The notes: generated by a model from the sequence alone, not told the origin. Shown: positions 1-9,446, counted from the stretch's first letter. The stretch is DNA of 61,691 nt from Candidatus Moraniibacteriota bacterium (GCA_038208115.1 JBBQZC010000007.1:1-61691), one strand, 5' to 3'. Translations and numbers: made by a program.

Positions 1-1
1 T

Positions 2-148
2 ATTGATTATCTTATTTGGTACAATACACGAAGAGTACACCACGCTTTCAAAAACAAACTTTCTCCGATACAATTCATATTATCAGAAGGATTTAATCTT
101 AATTTGCCTCAAGAGTGCAAAGTAGGGTGGACGCATACAAAAGATTGA
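2..148 (+). mobile_element. 3' end of an IS481-like (integrase-core) transposase, cut by the window edge; element right end at ...GCATACA (139)
   Basis: Manual translation from position 2 gives IDYLIWYNTRRVHHAFKNKLSPIQF...ECKVGWTHTKD*. The WYNxxRxH...SP motif is typical of the rve/IS481 C-terminus, and the terminal ACA fits IS481 TGT...ACA ends. Confidence 0.7.
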
Positions 149-173
149 CAAAAGTATAAAAATGGTGTATAAT
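145..173 (+). promoter_or_regulatory. consensus sigma70 promoter
   Basis: TTGACA (145-150), 17-bp spacer, TATAAT (168-173). Confidence 0.8.
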
Positions 174-243
174 GATATATTGTAGTTCTTTTACATCTCA
201 TAAAACCAAATATCGCCTTCAATAGAAAGGCAAGGGAGGCGAT

Positions 244-1179
244 ATGCCTAGTATACTGATTAGTACAGTTTGTGCCGCTCTTGTGAGCATCCCCGTAGTA
301 TTTTGTTTAATAAGACTAATTCAAAATTGGTCATGGGGAAAAGTGATCATGACTGTGGTTTGTATTCTTAGTGCGTTGCTTTTTGGTGAATATGTCACTA
401 TTGAGAAAATTGTGAATATGATCCCTGCGTTGTGGGACTTTGCTCAGGAGTTCGGTTTAAGAATTCTGATCATTGCAATTTTAATTCTGTTTGCAGTACA
501 AGTTGCGAGTTTGATTGGAAAATTTTTTGAGAGTAGTGTTTGGCGTATGTTGGTCAATGGTATTCGAATTACGATGAATTTTATTGCCAATATCCATCCC
601 TGGATAGCAAAATGTGTAGTCGGTATCATGTGGCTCACAAATTGCACTCAGATTGCTCTCGCCAGTTTTTATGAAATCGACAATGATGATGATGTGGAGG
701 ACTCAACAGTTAAGGTGCGTGAACTTCATGCAATGAGCTTGCTCTATGACATCATTGATTATTGGGCTGCTGGTCTCTGTGCACTGCTGGTATCATACAT
801 GGTAGAATATCATTGGTCATTTGCAGAAAAAACGGTCGGAGTATGGTTGTTTGATATCGTTTTTGCTCTGAGCGCTTTGTATGGATGTTTCAAATCTGGT
901 AAAGATCTCACATGGGGGGAAGCACATCGGCGAGCACATGATGGAGTTTACGAGCACAATCATGTCGCTGGATGGATTTACAGAATCGTCCAGCATGTAG
1001 TCGGTGTAGTATGGGATGGTCCGGAGCAAATCGTTATTTTTTACAAAAACGAGCTGCGAACTAAATCCAGCATGATCATAATTGCCATAGTTCTGAGTGC
1101 TGTACAAGGTGCATTCTGGACATGGTTGTACACTGTTGGGCATAATACGTTTATTGAACGTATTATGACATGGTTCTGA
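244..1179 (+). CDS. hypothetical multi-pass membrane protein (islet ORFan)
   Basis: 311-aa ORF with several hydrophobic segments, SD GGGAGG, own promoter and terminator. Confidence 0.75.
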   Translation: MPSILISTVCAALVSIPVVFCLIRLIQNWSWGKVIMTVVCILSALLFGEYVTIEKIVNMIPALWDFAQEFGLRILIIAILILFAVQVASLIGKFFESSVWRMLVNGIRITMNFIANIHPWIAKCVVGIMWLTNCTQIALASFYEIDNDDDVEDSTVKVRELHAMSLLYDIIDYWAAGLCALLVSYMVEYHWSFAEKTVGVWLFDIVFALSALYGCFKSGKDLTWGEAHRRAHDGVYEHNHVAGWIYRIVQHVVGVVWDGPEQIVIFYKNELRTKSSMIIIAIVLSAVQGAFWTWLYTVGHNTFIERIMTWF

Positions 1180-1186
1180 GATGTAT

Positions 1187-1225
1187 GAGAGGTATATGTT
1201 TTTTATAAAACACATACCTCTTTTA
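1187..1225 (+). terminator. intrinsic terminator
   Basis: GAGAGGTATATGTTTT / AAAACACATACCTCT hairpin followed by Ts. Confidence 0.65.
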
Positions 1226-1367
1226 ATTTTTTAAAGTGTAAGTACGGAAAAATATGATTTACTTTTAAGTTATCAATTATTATGGTTTAATAAAAAATTT
1301 AATAGTATTACATAAAGCATAAGTATGATATAATTCAAAAAGAATTAAGAGAGTATATATTTTTTGT

Positions 1368-1892
1368 ATGCAAAAGAGAACTTATTCTTAGATAAATCCA
1401 AGTGTTGAAATGCGAAAAACTCCAAATACGGGTAATGGAATTTATGCGACGAAATCTATTGTCAAAGACGATCTAATTTCAGTTTTTGGTGGATATGTAA
1501 TTACGCGTGATGAAGAGCTAATGTTGCCAGAGGAATTTAATGATGAAGGCGTGCAAATAAGTGATAATTTAATACTAGGAATTAAAGACGCGTCAGGCCT
1601 TGAAGATGCGAGTTACGTTAACCATAGTTGTGATCCAAACTCTGGTTTTAAGGGTCAAATATTTCTCGTGGCGATGCGTGATATTAAAGCAGATGAAGAA
1701 ATTACATTTGATTACGCAATGTGCTTATCTCGTATCGAGAAAGAGCCCTATTCTTTTCAATGTGAGTGTGACGCTCCCAATTGTCGTGGAAAAGTAACAG
1801 ATGACGATTGGAAAAATGCTGATATACAAAAAAAATATAATGGATATTTTCAATGGTATTTGCAGGAAAAGATTGATGCGGGTATAAACTAA
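1368..1892 (+). pseudogene. SET-domain protein with an in-frame TAG at codon 8 (or a shortened CDS 1410-1892)
   Basis: Motifs GNGIYAT, YVNHSCDPN, EEITFDY and post-SET CECDAPNCRG. An upstream in-frame ATG at 1368 gives MQKRTYS*INPSVEMRK, with TAG at 1389-1391. Confidence 0.7.
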
Positions 1893-1901
1893 AATAATGT
1901 C

Positions 1902-2638
1902 ATGAAAGAATTTTATGCATTAATAGAAGATGCAAAAACTGAAATTCAGAGACGCTGGCAGGATGAGGAATTAAAAAAAACTAGTGTATAAGTATTTAAA
2001 CGATGATATTCCAGCCATTCTTGAAAGCACCTCGCGCTGTTTTGCTCCGTCATATTATTTCGCCGAATTTGGAATTTTTGAGGTTTTTAGCTATATCAAA
2101 AAAATAAATCTGAGCCCATTGGGATGGGAATATTTAGATGATTTATTTATTAAAACAAATGAGGATAAAATGTGTTTGGCAAAAGGGCTTTTTTGAAAAA
2201 AGATCAGTAAATGGTACGGCAGTTTTTAGCTATAAAAAAATTATTGATTTATCATGATATGAAAAAAAGAAAGTTAAAGATATTAACACTTTGAAGTGTG
2301 AAAATTTTGTGGAATTTCATTATAGATTATTGAATGCATTTGTAAAGGATTGAGTGGATTTATTTGATAGTTCAGCATGGTTAAAAAAACATGGTGGAAA
2401 TGCTAAAAGCTATTATTCGAGTTATTTATCTCTTTTTGTTACTCACGGTGTCTTATTTGAAAACTTTTTAAGCAATGAAAATGAGGGTAAATTCTTTATT
2501 AATGTTTTCATGCCAACATTTGATTTTTTGACAGCATATTATGGATATAAACCAATTATTGTACAGGCAATTCCAGAAGCGGATATCGATGATTTGTATT
2601 GGTGGTGCTATCCAAATTATGTAAAAAAATTTATATAA
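1902..2638 (+). pseudogene. degraded paralogue of the 2811-3551 protein
   Basis: Fragments in shifting frames align with the intact copy: EDAKTEIQRRWQDEELKK / PFLKAPRAVLLRHIISPN / WEYLDDLFIKTNEDKM / HGVLFENF / YWWCY. About 4 frameshifts plus TGA at 2255 and 2351. Confidence 0.85.
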
Positions 2639-2810
2639 AAAAATATGAATTAAAATTATGGTATAGCGCTTGTCTCTTATGACACTGTGATTCGACAAGA
2701 GGGACATTGTTTCGATAAACATATGTTTTTTAAAATAAAAAATATCTTCTTAATTGAAGATGTGATATAATATGGTACAGTAAAATAAGAGGAAAATAAA
2801 ATTACATTTT

Positions 2811-3551
2811 ATGCACGATTATTATACATCACTTGAAGATGCGAGATTAGAAATTCAAAAACGTTGGCAAAACGAAGAATTGAAAAAAAAGGTGAGCGCC
2901 TATCTTGGTGGTGATATTCCTGAACCGTTTTTAAGTGAGCCTCGTGCTGTGTTGGCACGTAACATAGCATCTCCTGACAATGAATTTATGTATTTTTTAG
3001 AGCTTTCAAAAAAAGTTGCTCTTGAGCCAATTAGTTTGGAATATGTTCATGACAAGTTTTTTACAATGAATACTGACAAGATGGCGTATGCGAAGATGCA
3101 GTTTATGAATGATGTAAGACAAATTCATACAGTGCAAATTGTTGATTTTGGAATGTATGATAAAAAGAGATTTGTCGATATAAATACAATAACAGGTGAA
3201 AGCTTAGTAGACTTTCATCATCGTATATTGAATGAATTTGTGGGAAACCAATATAAAACACAAAATATATATGATATGTCAGAGTGGTATCACCGGAGAC
3301 ATGGTCGATCAGTAGATTATTACCGATATTATGTGGCACTTTTTGTGTGTCATGGAATATTATTTGAAAATTTTGTCACGGATGATTCGGAGGCAGGATT
3401 TGAAAAAAAAATTGTTTTGCCTGCATTACAAGAAATACAAAAACGTTTTGGATTTAAGCCACTAATCGTTCCATTAGCGCCAGATCCAACTGATGCATAT
3501 TGGTGGAGTTATTCTGATGTTCTTGAAAAATATGTGAACTTCAAAAATTAA
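2811..3551 (+). CDS. conserved hypothetical cytoplasmic protein (~245-aa family, seen twice here)
   Basis: Intact 246-aa ORF, paralogous to the upstream pseudogene. Extended -10 TGATATAAT near 2764-2772. Confidence 0.85.
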   Translation: MHDYYTSLEDARLEIQKRWQNEELKKKVSAYLGGDIPEPFLSEPRAVLARNIASPDNEFMYFLELSKKVALEPISLEYVHDKFFTMNTDKMAYAKMQFMNDVRQIHTVQIVDFGMYDKKRFVDINTITGESLVDFHHRILNEFVGNQYKTQNIYDMSEWYHRRHGRSVDYYRYYVALFVCHGILFENFVTDDSEAGFEKKIVLPALQEIQKRFGFKPLIVPLAPDPTDAYWWSYSDVLEKYVNFKN

Positions 3552-3562
3552 ATAAAAAAAAT

Positions 3563-5272
3563 ATGAATTTCAATTTTGTTTCTCATTTAGAAACGTGCTA
3601 TAATGCAGTACAGCAAAACACTACGCTTTTGTACTATTCTCATATTCCGACAGCAATCATAATATTGTTTGTGGGTTTTTTTGTTCTTTCTAAAAATAGG
3701 TCATTATTGAGTAAAATATTATTTGGCATAACGGTTACATTCTCTCTTTGGATTATTTTAAATTTGATTGTTTGGACTAATTATAATAGTGAGTTGATTA
3801 TGTTTTCGTGGGCAGTTCTAAATGTTTTTGATGTCTTATTTTATGTGCTATGTTTTTACTTTGTTTATGTATTTATTGAAAAAAAAGACGTATCATTTGG
3901 CGTTAAGATGATTATCTCGCTGATTTTATCATTAATTGTCATTTTTTCACTAACAACGTATCATTTACAAGGATTTTTTTACAATGATTGTGTGGCCATT
4001 GAGGGCGAAATATTTCTTGATGTAATATTTTATATAGAACTTGGAATTTCTTTTGCAATTATTTTCTTTTGTATTTCAAAATATATTTTTGCAGGCAGGG
4101 ATGATAAACGGCAAATTCTTGTGCTGATGTTTGGCATGTCAGTGTTTTTGTTGTCTTTTTTTGTTGCCGGATATTTGGCAGATTATTATGGAGAATATGA
4201 CATAGAATTGTATGGTCTTTTTGGCATAATCATCTTTATGGCGTCACTGGCATACCTAATTGTGCAGCACAGTGCATTGGATATTAAGCTTGCGCGGGCA
4301 CAAGCTCTCGTATGGTCATTGATTTTCCTTATCGGAGCACAATTTTTCTTTATCCGTAATCCGACTAATCAAGTGCTTAATAGCATCGCTTTTGTTTTGG
4401 TGTGCTTTGTGGGATATGGCGTTGTAAAAAGCGTCAAACGCGAGGAACAACAGAACGATCGACTCATTCATTTTTCCAAAGAGTTGACGCGTGCCAACGC
4501 TGAACTAAAGAAACTTGATAGTGCCAAATCAGAATTTATCTCTATCGCATCACATCAGCTCCGTACGCCACTCACAGCGATCAAAGGATATATCTCACTC
4601 ATCCTCGAGGGTGCATACGGTACGAATGCAGAGCGTACCGATGATGCGCTTAATAAGATCTTTCTCGCCAATGAGCGACTCATCCAGCTCGTAGAAGACA
4701 TGCTCAATCTCACACGTATCGAGTCAGGACGATTGGATTATCATCTCGAAAGTAACGTGCAAGTTGAGGAAATTTTATCAGAACTCAAAGACATGTTCAT
4801 CTTGCGTGCAAAGGATAAGGGTCTCGAATTAACGATCATGGAATCTGAAAAATTAACACCTCTCATTACTGCGGACAAATCGAAATTGCGTGAAGTAATC
4901 TCCAACTTGATGGATAATGCAATCAAATATACAAAGCAAGGATTTGTGCGTGTATCAGCAGAACCAATCGGCAATGTTGTGCGTATCACCATCGCAGACT
5001 CTGGTATGGGTATATCAGAAGAATCGATAAAGACACTATTTACCAAGTTTTCACGTGGAACGGACTCAACTAAAGTGTATACAGATGGCTCGGGACTCGG
5101 ATTGTATGTGGGAAAAAATTTGATTGAATCTCAAGGTGGACATATTTATATCGAATCTGATGGTGTGGACAAGGGGTCGCGGTTCATCATCGAAATGCCA
5201 ATCAAAAGAGATAATGTGGTCATGGATCAAGAGAAACGATCTTTTGTAGAGGGCGACGGTATCAAGCAATAA
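3563..5272 (+). CDS. sensor histidine kinase with multi-TM N-terminal region (HisKA + HATPase_c)
   Basis: H-box EFISIASHQLRTPLT, N-box NLMDNAIKYT, G1 DSGMGI, G2 GSGLGL. About 9 hydrophobic segments in the first 290 aa. Confidence 0.93.
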   Translation: MNFNFVSHLETCYNAVQQNTTLLYYSHIPTAIIILFVGFFVLSKNRSLLSKILFGITVTFSLWIILNLIVWTNYNSELIMFSWAVLNVFDVLFYVLCFYFVYVFIEKKDVSFGVKMIISLILSLIVIFSLTTYHLQGFFYNDCVAIEGEIFLDVIFYIELGISFAIIFFCISKYIFAGRDDKRQILVLMFGMSVFLLSFFVAGYLADYYGEYDIELYGLFGIIIFMASLAYLIVQHSALDIKLARAQALVWSLIFLIGAQFFFIRNPTNQVLNSIAFVLVCFVGYGVVKSVKREEQQNDRLIHFSKELTRANAELKKLDSAKSEFISIASHQLRTPLTAIKGYISLILEGAYGTNAERTDDALNKIFLANERLIQLVEDMLNLTRIESGRLDYHLESNVQVEEILSELKDMFILRAKDKGLELTIMESEKLTPLITADKSKLREVISNLMDNAIKYTKQGFVRVSAEPIGNVVRITIADSGMGISEESIKTLFTKFSRGTDSTKVYTDGSGLGLYVGKNLIESQGGHIYIESDGVDKGSRFIIEMPIKRDNVVMDQEKRSFVEGDGIKQ

Positions 5273-5384
5273 ATGATTCTGTAAAAAGAAAAGTTTATAG
5301 AGTTTAGAAAGTAAAATTTACTCCCAAAAAAATGAGAGGAATTTTTGGTTGATAAGCGTGTTTTGTGGTGATAGTAAGGGTGCA

Positions 5385-5530
5385 CTTAAGAAGTGCTTCG
5401 AAAGGGGATTTATTCAAAGATTCTCAGTGTCTGGTTGGATGTGACTTTTACATTCAAACGCCCCCCTGCGCCAACGCCAGACACTGAGAATCATCTCAAC
5501 GCCTTGCGGCTTACCGTAAGGCTTTTTTAT
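5385..5530 (+). ncRNA. candidate structured ncRNA or palindromic element upstream of the secE promoter
   Basis: Perfect 16-bp inverted repeat 5419-5434/5477-5492, then a terminator-like hairpin 5501-5522 plus T6. Confidence 0.4.
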
Positions 5531-5568
5531 TGAGATTCAACCTGTGAAGAGGTCACTGATATGGAAAT

Positions 5569-5597
5569 TTGACAAAAAACGGAAATGTCGTTATTAT
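5569..5597 (+). promoter_or_regulatory. sigma70 promoter for secE-nusG-rplK-rplA
   Basis: TTGACA, 17 bp, TATTAT. Confidence 0.7.
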
Positions 5598-5643
5598 AGA
5601 AGTGTATTTAGAGCCCGAGGGGGCTTTTTAAAATCCAAAAAAT

Positions 5644-5826
5644 ATGGGAAAAATCAAGCAATTTTTACGAGAGGCATATAGTGAGCTGCAGAAAGTTTCA
5701 TGGCCTACACGAGAGCAAACGATTCAATACACGACACTTGTTGTTGTGATCAGTATTTCAGTTGCGCTGTTTCTTGGACTATTGGATTATTTGTTTGGTG
5801 GTGTGATCAAAAATGTGATCTTGTAG
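5644..5826 (+). CDS. secE: preprotein translocase subunit SecE
   Basis: ELQKVSWPTR motif, single TM segment, upstream of nusG. Confidence 0.95.
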   Translation: MGKIKQFLREAYSELQKVSWPTREQTIQYTTLVVVISISVALFLGLLDYLFGGVIKNVIL

Positions 5827-5869
5827 TATTAAAAGGTCAATGTAATTTTATTAAAAGTGAGAAATATTT

Positions 5870-6415
5870 ATGGCAAAACAATCTCAACACCACGGTAAGG
5901 CGTGGTATGTATTGCACACATATTCTGGTTATGAAGATAATGTTTCGCGCAATTTGCGTCAACGTATCGAATCCATGGATATGCAAGATTATATCTTTGA
6001 CATCATCATCCCCATAGAAAAAAAGATCAAGATTAAAAACGGTAAGCGTGTCACGGTAGAAGAGAAAATCTATCCGGGATATGTGCTCGTACAAATGATC
6101 GTAACAGATGCATCATGGTATGTGGTGCGTAACACGCCAAATGTCACCGGATTCATCGGTCTCGGCACGACACCAACACCAGTTGATCCTCTCGAGATTA
6201 TGACGATCAAAAAGAAAATGGGTCAAAATGAGCCACGATATCGTATCGATGTGAAAAAAGGAGAGAGTATTAAAATTATCGATGGTCCGTTCAAAGATTT
6301 CGACGGTGTGGTCAAGGAAATCGATGAATCAAAGGGAAAAGTAAAAGTGCTCGTACTTGTATTTGGTCGTGAGACCCCTGTGGAGATCGACTTTTTACAG
6401 ATCAAGAAGCTCTAA
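5870..6415 (+). CDS. nusG: transcription termination/antitermination factor NusG
   Basis: WYVLHTYSGYE, YPGYVLVQM and KOW motif GPFKDFDG...FGRETPVE. Confidence 0.97.
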   Translation: MAKQSQHHGKAWYVLHTYSGYEDNVSRNLRQRIESMDMQDYIFDIIIPIEKKIKIKNGKRVTVEEKIYPGYVLVQMIVTDASWYVVRNTPNVTGFIGLGTTPTPVDPLEIMTIKKKMGQNEPRYRIDVKKGESIKIIDGPFKDFDGVVKEIDESKGKVKVLVLVFGRETPVEIDFLQIKKL

Positions 6416-6454
6416 TCAATTTTTTGCATAAATAATCACTAATTACCAAAGAAT

Positions 6455-6883
6455 ATGGCAGTAAAAAAAATCAAGACAGTTGTCAAATTGCAAATCCAAG
6501 CTGGCAAAGCAAACCCTGCTCCTCCAGTAGGACCAGCATTGGGTCAACATGGTCTCAATATCCAGGACTTTTGTATGCAATTTAATGAAGCGACAAAAGA
6601 ACGTATGGGTGATGTCGTCCCTGTGGAGATCACAGTATATGAGGATCGCACGTTTAGCTTTGTGATGAAGACATCTCCTGCATCAGAATTGGTCAGAAAA
6701 GCAGCTGGCGCAGCAAAAGGCTCAAGTAATCCCGCAGTTGATAAAGTGGGAAAGATCACACAAGCGCAACTCCGAGAAATCGCTGAAACAAAAATGGTAG
6801 ATCTCAATGCAGCAAGTGTAGAAGCAGCGATGAAAATCATCGAAGGCACAGCACGCTCAATGGGTGTAACAGTAGAAAAATAA
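6455..6883 (+). CDS. rplK: 50S ribosomal protein L11
   Basis: [18 protein letters not shown]. Confidence 0.98.
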   Translation: MAVKKIKTVVKLQIQAGKANPAPPVGPALGQHGLNIQDFCMQFNEATKERMGDVVPVEITVYEDRTFSFVMKTSPASELVRKAAGAAKGSSNPAVDKVGKITQAQLREIAETKMVDLNAASVEAAMKIIEGTARSMGVTVEK

Positions 6884-6939
6884 TCAAGAAATTAAAAATG
6901 ATCAATTCTTAATTATTCATTATTCATTATTAATTAAAA

Positions 6940-6975
6940 TGGTGGGAGAGTCACATGACTCGCTCGTACCACGGC
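6940..6975 (+). promoter_or_regulatory. L1-binding autoregulatory leader before rplA
   Basis: GTGGGAG-hairpin-ACCAC directly upstream of rplA, matching the L1 mRNA site pattern. Confidence 0.6.
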
Positions 6976-6982
6976 AAAAATT

Positions 6983-7654
6983 ATGAAAAGAAGCAAGAGA
7001 TACAATGGTGCAATGGAAAAACGTACGACTGAGGTGATGGCACTCCCAGAAGCAATTGTGTATATCAAAGAAAACGCCAAAGCAAAATTTGATGAATCGA
7101 TCGAAGTGCATGTACGACTCAATATCGATCCTAAAAAAGGGGAACAAGCAGTGCGTGGAAGCGTTTCATTGCCACATGGGATCGGCAAGTCAGTCCGCGT
7201 AGCAGTAATCACAGAGAGTAAAGCAGATGAGGCTAAAAAAGCTGGCGCAGATATTGTCGGAGGACAAGAATTGATCGACAAGATCAAAGCAGGCACTCTG
7301 CCGGATGTAGATGTGATCGTAGCAACTCCAGATATGATGCCAAAACTTGCGCCTGTCGCTCGCGTACTCGGACCCCGTGGCTTGATGCCAAGTCCAAAGA
7401 CAGATACAGTGACGACAAACGTCGGTGAGGCAGTAGAATCACTCAAAAAAGGAAAAGCAAATTTCAAAAATGATAATTCAGGCAATGTCCACCAAGTGAT
7501 CGGTAAAGCATCATTTGATGCAGAGAAGCTCACACAAAACTATGCTGCATTTATCGACGCTGTAAAAGGATGCCGTACAGAAGCGCATAAGGGACAGCTC
7601 ATGACATCTATCAGTATTTGTTCTACGATGAGTCCTGCAGTTAAAATTCAATAG
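6983..7654 (+). CDS. rplA: 50S ribosomal protein L1
   Basis: KFDESIEVHVRLNIDP and LGPRGLMPSPK. Confidence 0.98.
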   Translation: MKRSKRYNGAMEKRTTEVMALPEAIVYIKENAKAKFDESIEVHVRLNIDPKKGEQAVRGSVSLPHGIGKSVRVAVITESKADEAKKAGADIVGGQELIDKIKAGTLPDVDVIVATPDMMPKLAPVARVLGPRGLMPSPKTDTVTTNVGEAVESLKKGKANFKNDNSGNVHQVIGKASFDAEKLTQNYAAFIDAVKGCRTEAHKGQLMTSISICSTMSPAVKIQ

Positions 7655-7670
7655 CTTCGCTACTGATATA

Positions 7671-7702
7671 AAAAGTTCATGCTTACAGCGTGGACTTTTT
7701 TG
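7671..7702 (+). terminator. intrinsic terminator after rplA
   Basis: AAAAGTTCATGCT-TAC-AGCGTGGACTTTTTT. Confidence 0.65.
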
Positions 7703-7758
7703 TTGAGGTGCTATATAATTTACAAGTAAAACGTCATTTTTATTAAAAATAGATATTT

Positions 7759-8325
7759 ATGAATAAAAAAATCGTTATTGGTTTGGTGGGAGAGACCGGT
7801 GGAGGCAAGGATACAGTGGCACATTATCTCAAAAGACGTTACGATGTGGAGCTTTTACGGTTCAGTCGACCACTTAAAAAGGCGCTTGATCTCTTTTTTG
7901 AGCAGTCATCCAAAGAGGATCAGGCATGGCTCTATCTCATGTTCAAGGAACGTTTCGGAGAGGAAATATTACATCAAGGCATTGCACGTTATGTCACACA
8001 ACATGACGGCATTATGTGTGTAAATGGTATGCGTATGATGAAGGACCTTGATTTTATACGTTCTTTCCCAGATAATTATATTATCTACATCACAGCAGAT
8101 CAAAAAATGCGATGGACACGTGCTGTCAGTCGTGGTGAGAAATCTGATGACAATCAATCATTTGAAGAATTTCAAAAATTCGAGGCAACGGCAGAAACAG
8201 AAAAGGCAATTCCAGCAATTGGGGCAAAAGCGGATTTTGTCGTACGTAATGAAGGAACTATGGATGATCTCTTATGGCAAGTAGATGACGCGATGAAAGA
8301 AATATTGAAGAGTCACATGGAATAA
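7759..8325 (+). CDS. P-loop (deoxy)nucleoside monophosphate kinase-like / AAA-family protein, paralogue 1
   Basis: N-terminal Walker A GETGGGKDT, NGMR motif, lid RWTRAVSRGEK. Confidence 0.75.
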   Translation: MNKKIVIGLVGETGGGKDTVAHYLKRRYDVELLRFSRPLKKALDLFFEQSSKEDQAWLYLMFKERFGEEILHQGIARYVTQHDGIMCVNGMRMMKDLDFIRSFPDNYIIYITADQKMRWTRAVSRGEKSDDNQSFEEFQKFEATAETEKAIPAIGAKADFVVRNEGTMDDLLWQVDDAMKEILKSHME

Positions 8326-8339
8326 TAATAAATTTTTTT

Positions 8340-8879
8340 ATGAAACATGACAAAAGAAAGGAATACCTTGATTGGGATGAAACATTTATGCTTATGAGCA
8401 TGTTAATCGCGAAGAGGTCTAAAGATCCTTCTACACAAGTGGGTGCATGTATCGTTGGACAAAATAATGTCATTATCGGACTGGGATATAATGGGCATCC
8501 ACGTGGTTGTCATGATGATAAAATACCATGGGTACGCGAAGGTGCGACATTGGATGTAAAATATACATATGTCGTGCATGCAGAGGCGAACGCAATCATG
8601 AATGCAAATAGTTCTGTAAAAGGATGTCGTATGTATATAAGTCTTTTTCCTTGTAATGAATGTGCAAAGATGATCATACAAAGTGGGATATCTGAAGTAG
8701 TATATACATCAGATAAATATGCGGAAGTAGATATATTTAAAGCGTCACATGTAATGATGCGTATGGCAGGTGTGAAATTACGGCAATATGTCCCAAAAAA
8801 CGAATTGGTTTTGCAGAAAATAGCTCCACAAAAATCCGATAAACCAAAACCAAAGAAAAAAAGAACTACTGCAAAGTAA
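8340..8879 (+). CDS. dCMP deaminase (ComEB-like)
   Basis: RSKDPSTQVGA, HAEANA and PCNECAK zinc motif. Confidence 0.93.
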   Translation: MKHDKRKEYLDWDETFMLMSMLIAKRSKDPSTQVGACIVGQNNVIIGLGYNGHPRGCHDDKIPWVREGATLDVKYTYVVHAEANAIMNANSSVKGCRMYISLFPCNECAKMIIQSGISEVVYTSDKYAEVDIFKASHVMMRMAGVKLRQYVPKNELVLQKIAPQKSDKPKPKKKRTTAK

Positions 8880-8897
8880 TTACTAATTATCAAAGTA

Positions 8898-9446
8898 ATG
8901 GCAAAGATCATCATTGGACTTGCAGGAGAAATGGCAAGTGGCAAAGGAACGGTTGCACAATATTTAGTACAAGAAAAAGAGGCTTCGACACATCGATTTT
9001 CGACGATGTTGCGTGACGTGTTAAATCGTTTACATTTAGAACAATCGCGAGATAATTTGCAAAAACTATCTTTCATTGTGCGTGATGCATATGGGCAAGA
9101 TACACTTGCACACGTGATGGCAGAAGATGTAAGGAAAGATGAAAACGATACCATCGTGGTAGATGGTGTGCGACGCATGGATGATATCGTATTCCTCAAG
9201 CAAATGCCAGAGTTCAAGCTCGTCTATATCGATGTAGATATCAAAAGTCGCTACGAACGCATCATCAAACGTAGTGAAAATCCTGATGATCAAGGCAAGA
9301 CTTTTGAACAGTTTGTTGCTGAAAGTAAAGCTGACGCAGAATTACAAATTGCCGGATTGAAGGACTGCGCCGACGTTGTGATCGACAATAACAGTGATAT
9401 TGAAAGTCTTTATGCGCAGATTGACATATTGCTTTCAGACGTTTAA
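8898..9446 (+). CDS. P-loop nucleoside monophosphate kinase-like protein, paralogue 2
   Basis: Walker A GEMASGKGT, DGVRR, RYERIIKR. Similar to 7759-8325. Confidence 0.75.
   Translation: MAKIIIGLAGEMASGKGTVAQYLVQEKEASTHRFSTMLRDVLNRLHLEQSRDNLQKLSFIVRDAYGQDTLAHVMAEDVRKDENDTIVVDGVRRMDDIVFLKQMPEFKLVYIDVDIKSRYERIIKRSENPDDQGKTFEQFVAESKADAELQIAGLKDCADVVIDNNSDIESLYAQIDILLSDV

Noticed and set aside
2255-2353. In-frame TGA codons suggesting genetic code 25 or 4 (as in Gracilibacteria/Absconditabacteria)
   Set aside because: Other genes here end on TGA (e.g. 244-1179, murB), core genes have no internal TGA, and this gene also has frameshifts, so pseudogenisation explains it.
2811-3551. Firm call as a cyclodipeptide synthase
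   Set aside because: Only the SPxN-like segment and the size match; the YxxxExP motif is not evident. Kept only as a hypothesis.
5395-5410. c-di-GMP-I riboswitch-like TTCGAAAG tetraloop
   Set aside because: The GGCAAAC and downstream consensus elements are absent.
5400-5473. tRNA-Trp upstream of secE (AGGGG...CCCCTGCGCCA)
   Set aside because: No D-arm, anticodon arm or GTTCRA T-loop can be folded, and the segment is dominated by a different long stem.
8510-9217. Long antisense ORFs in the track (also 6934-7533, 32917-33483, 42378-42896, 52425-53012 and others)
   Set aside because: They are shadow ORFs opposite well-supported genes.
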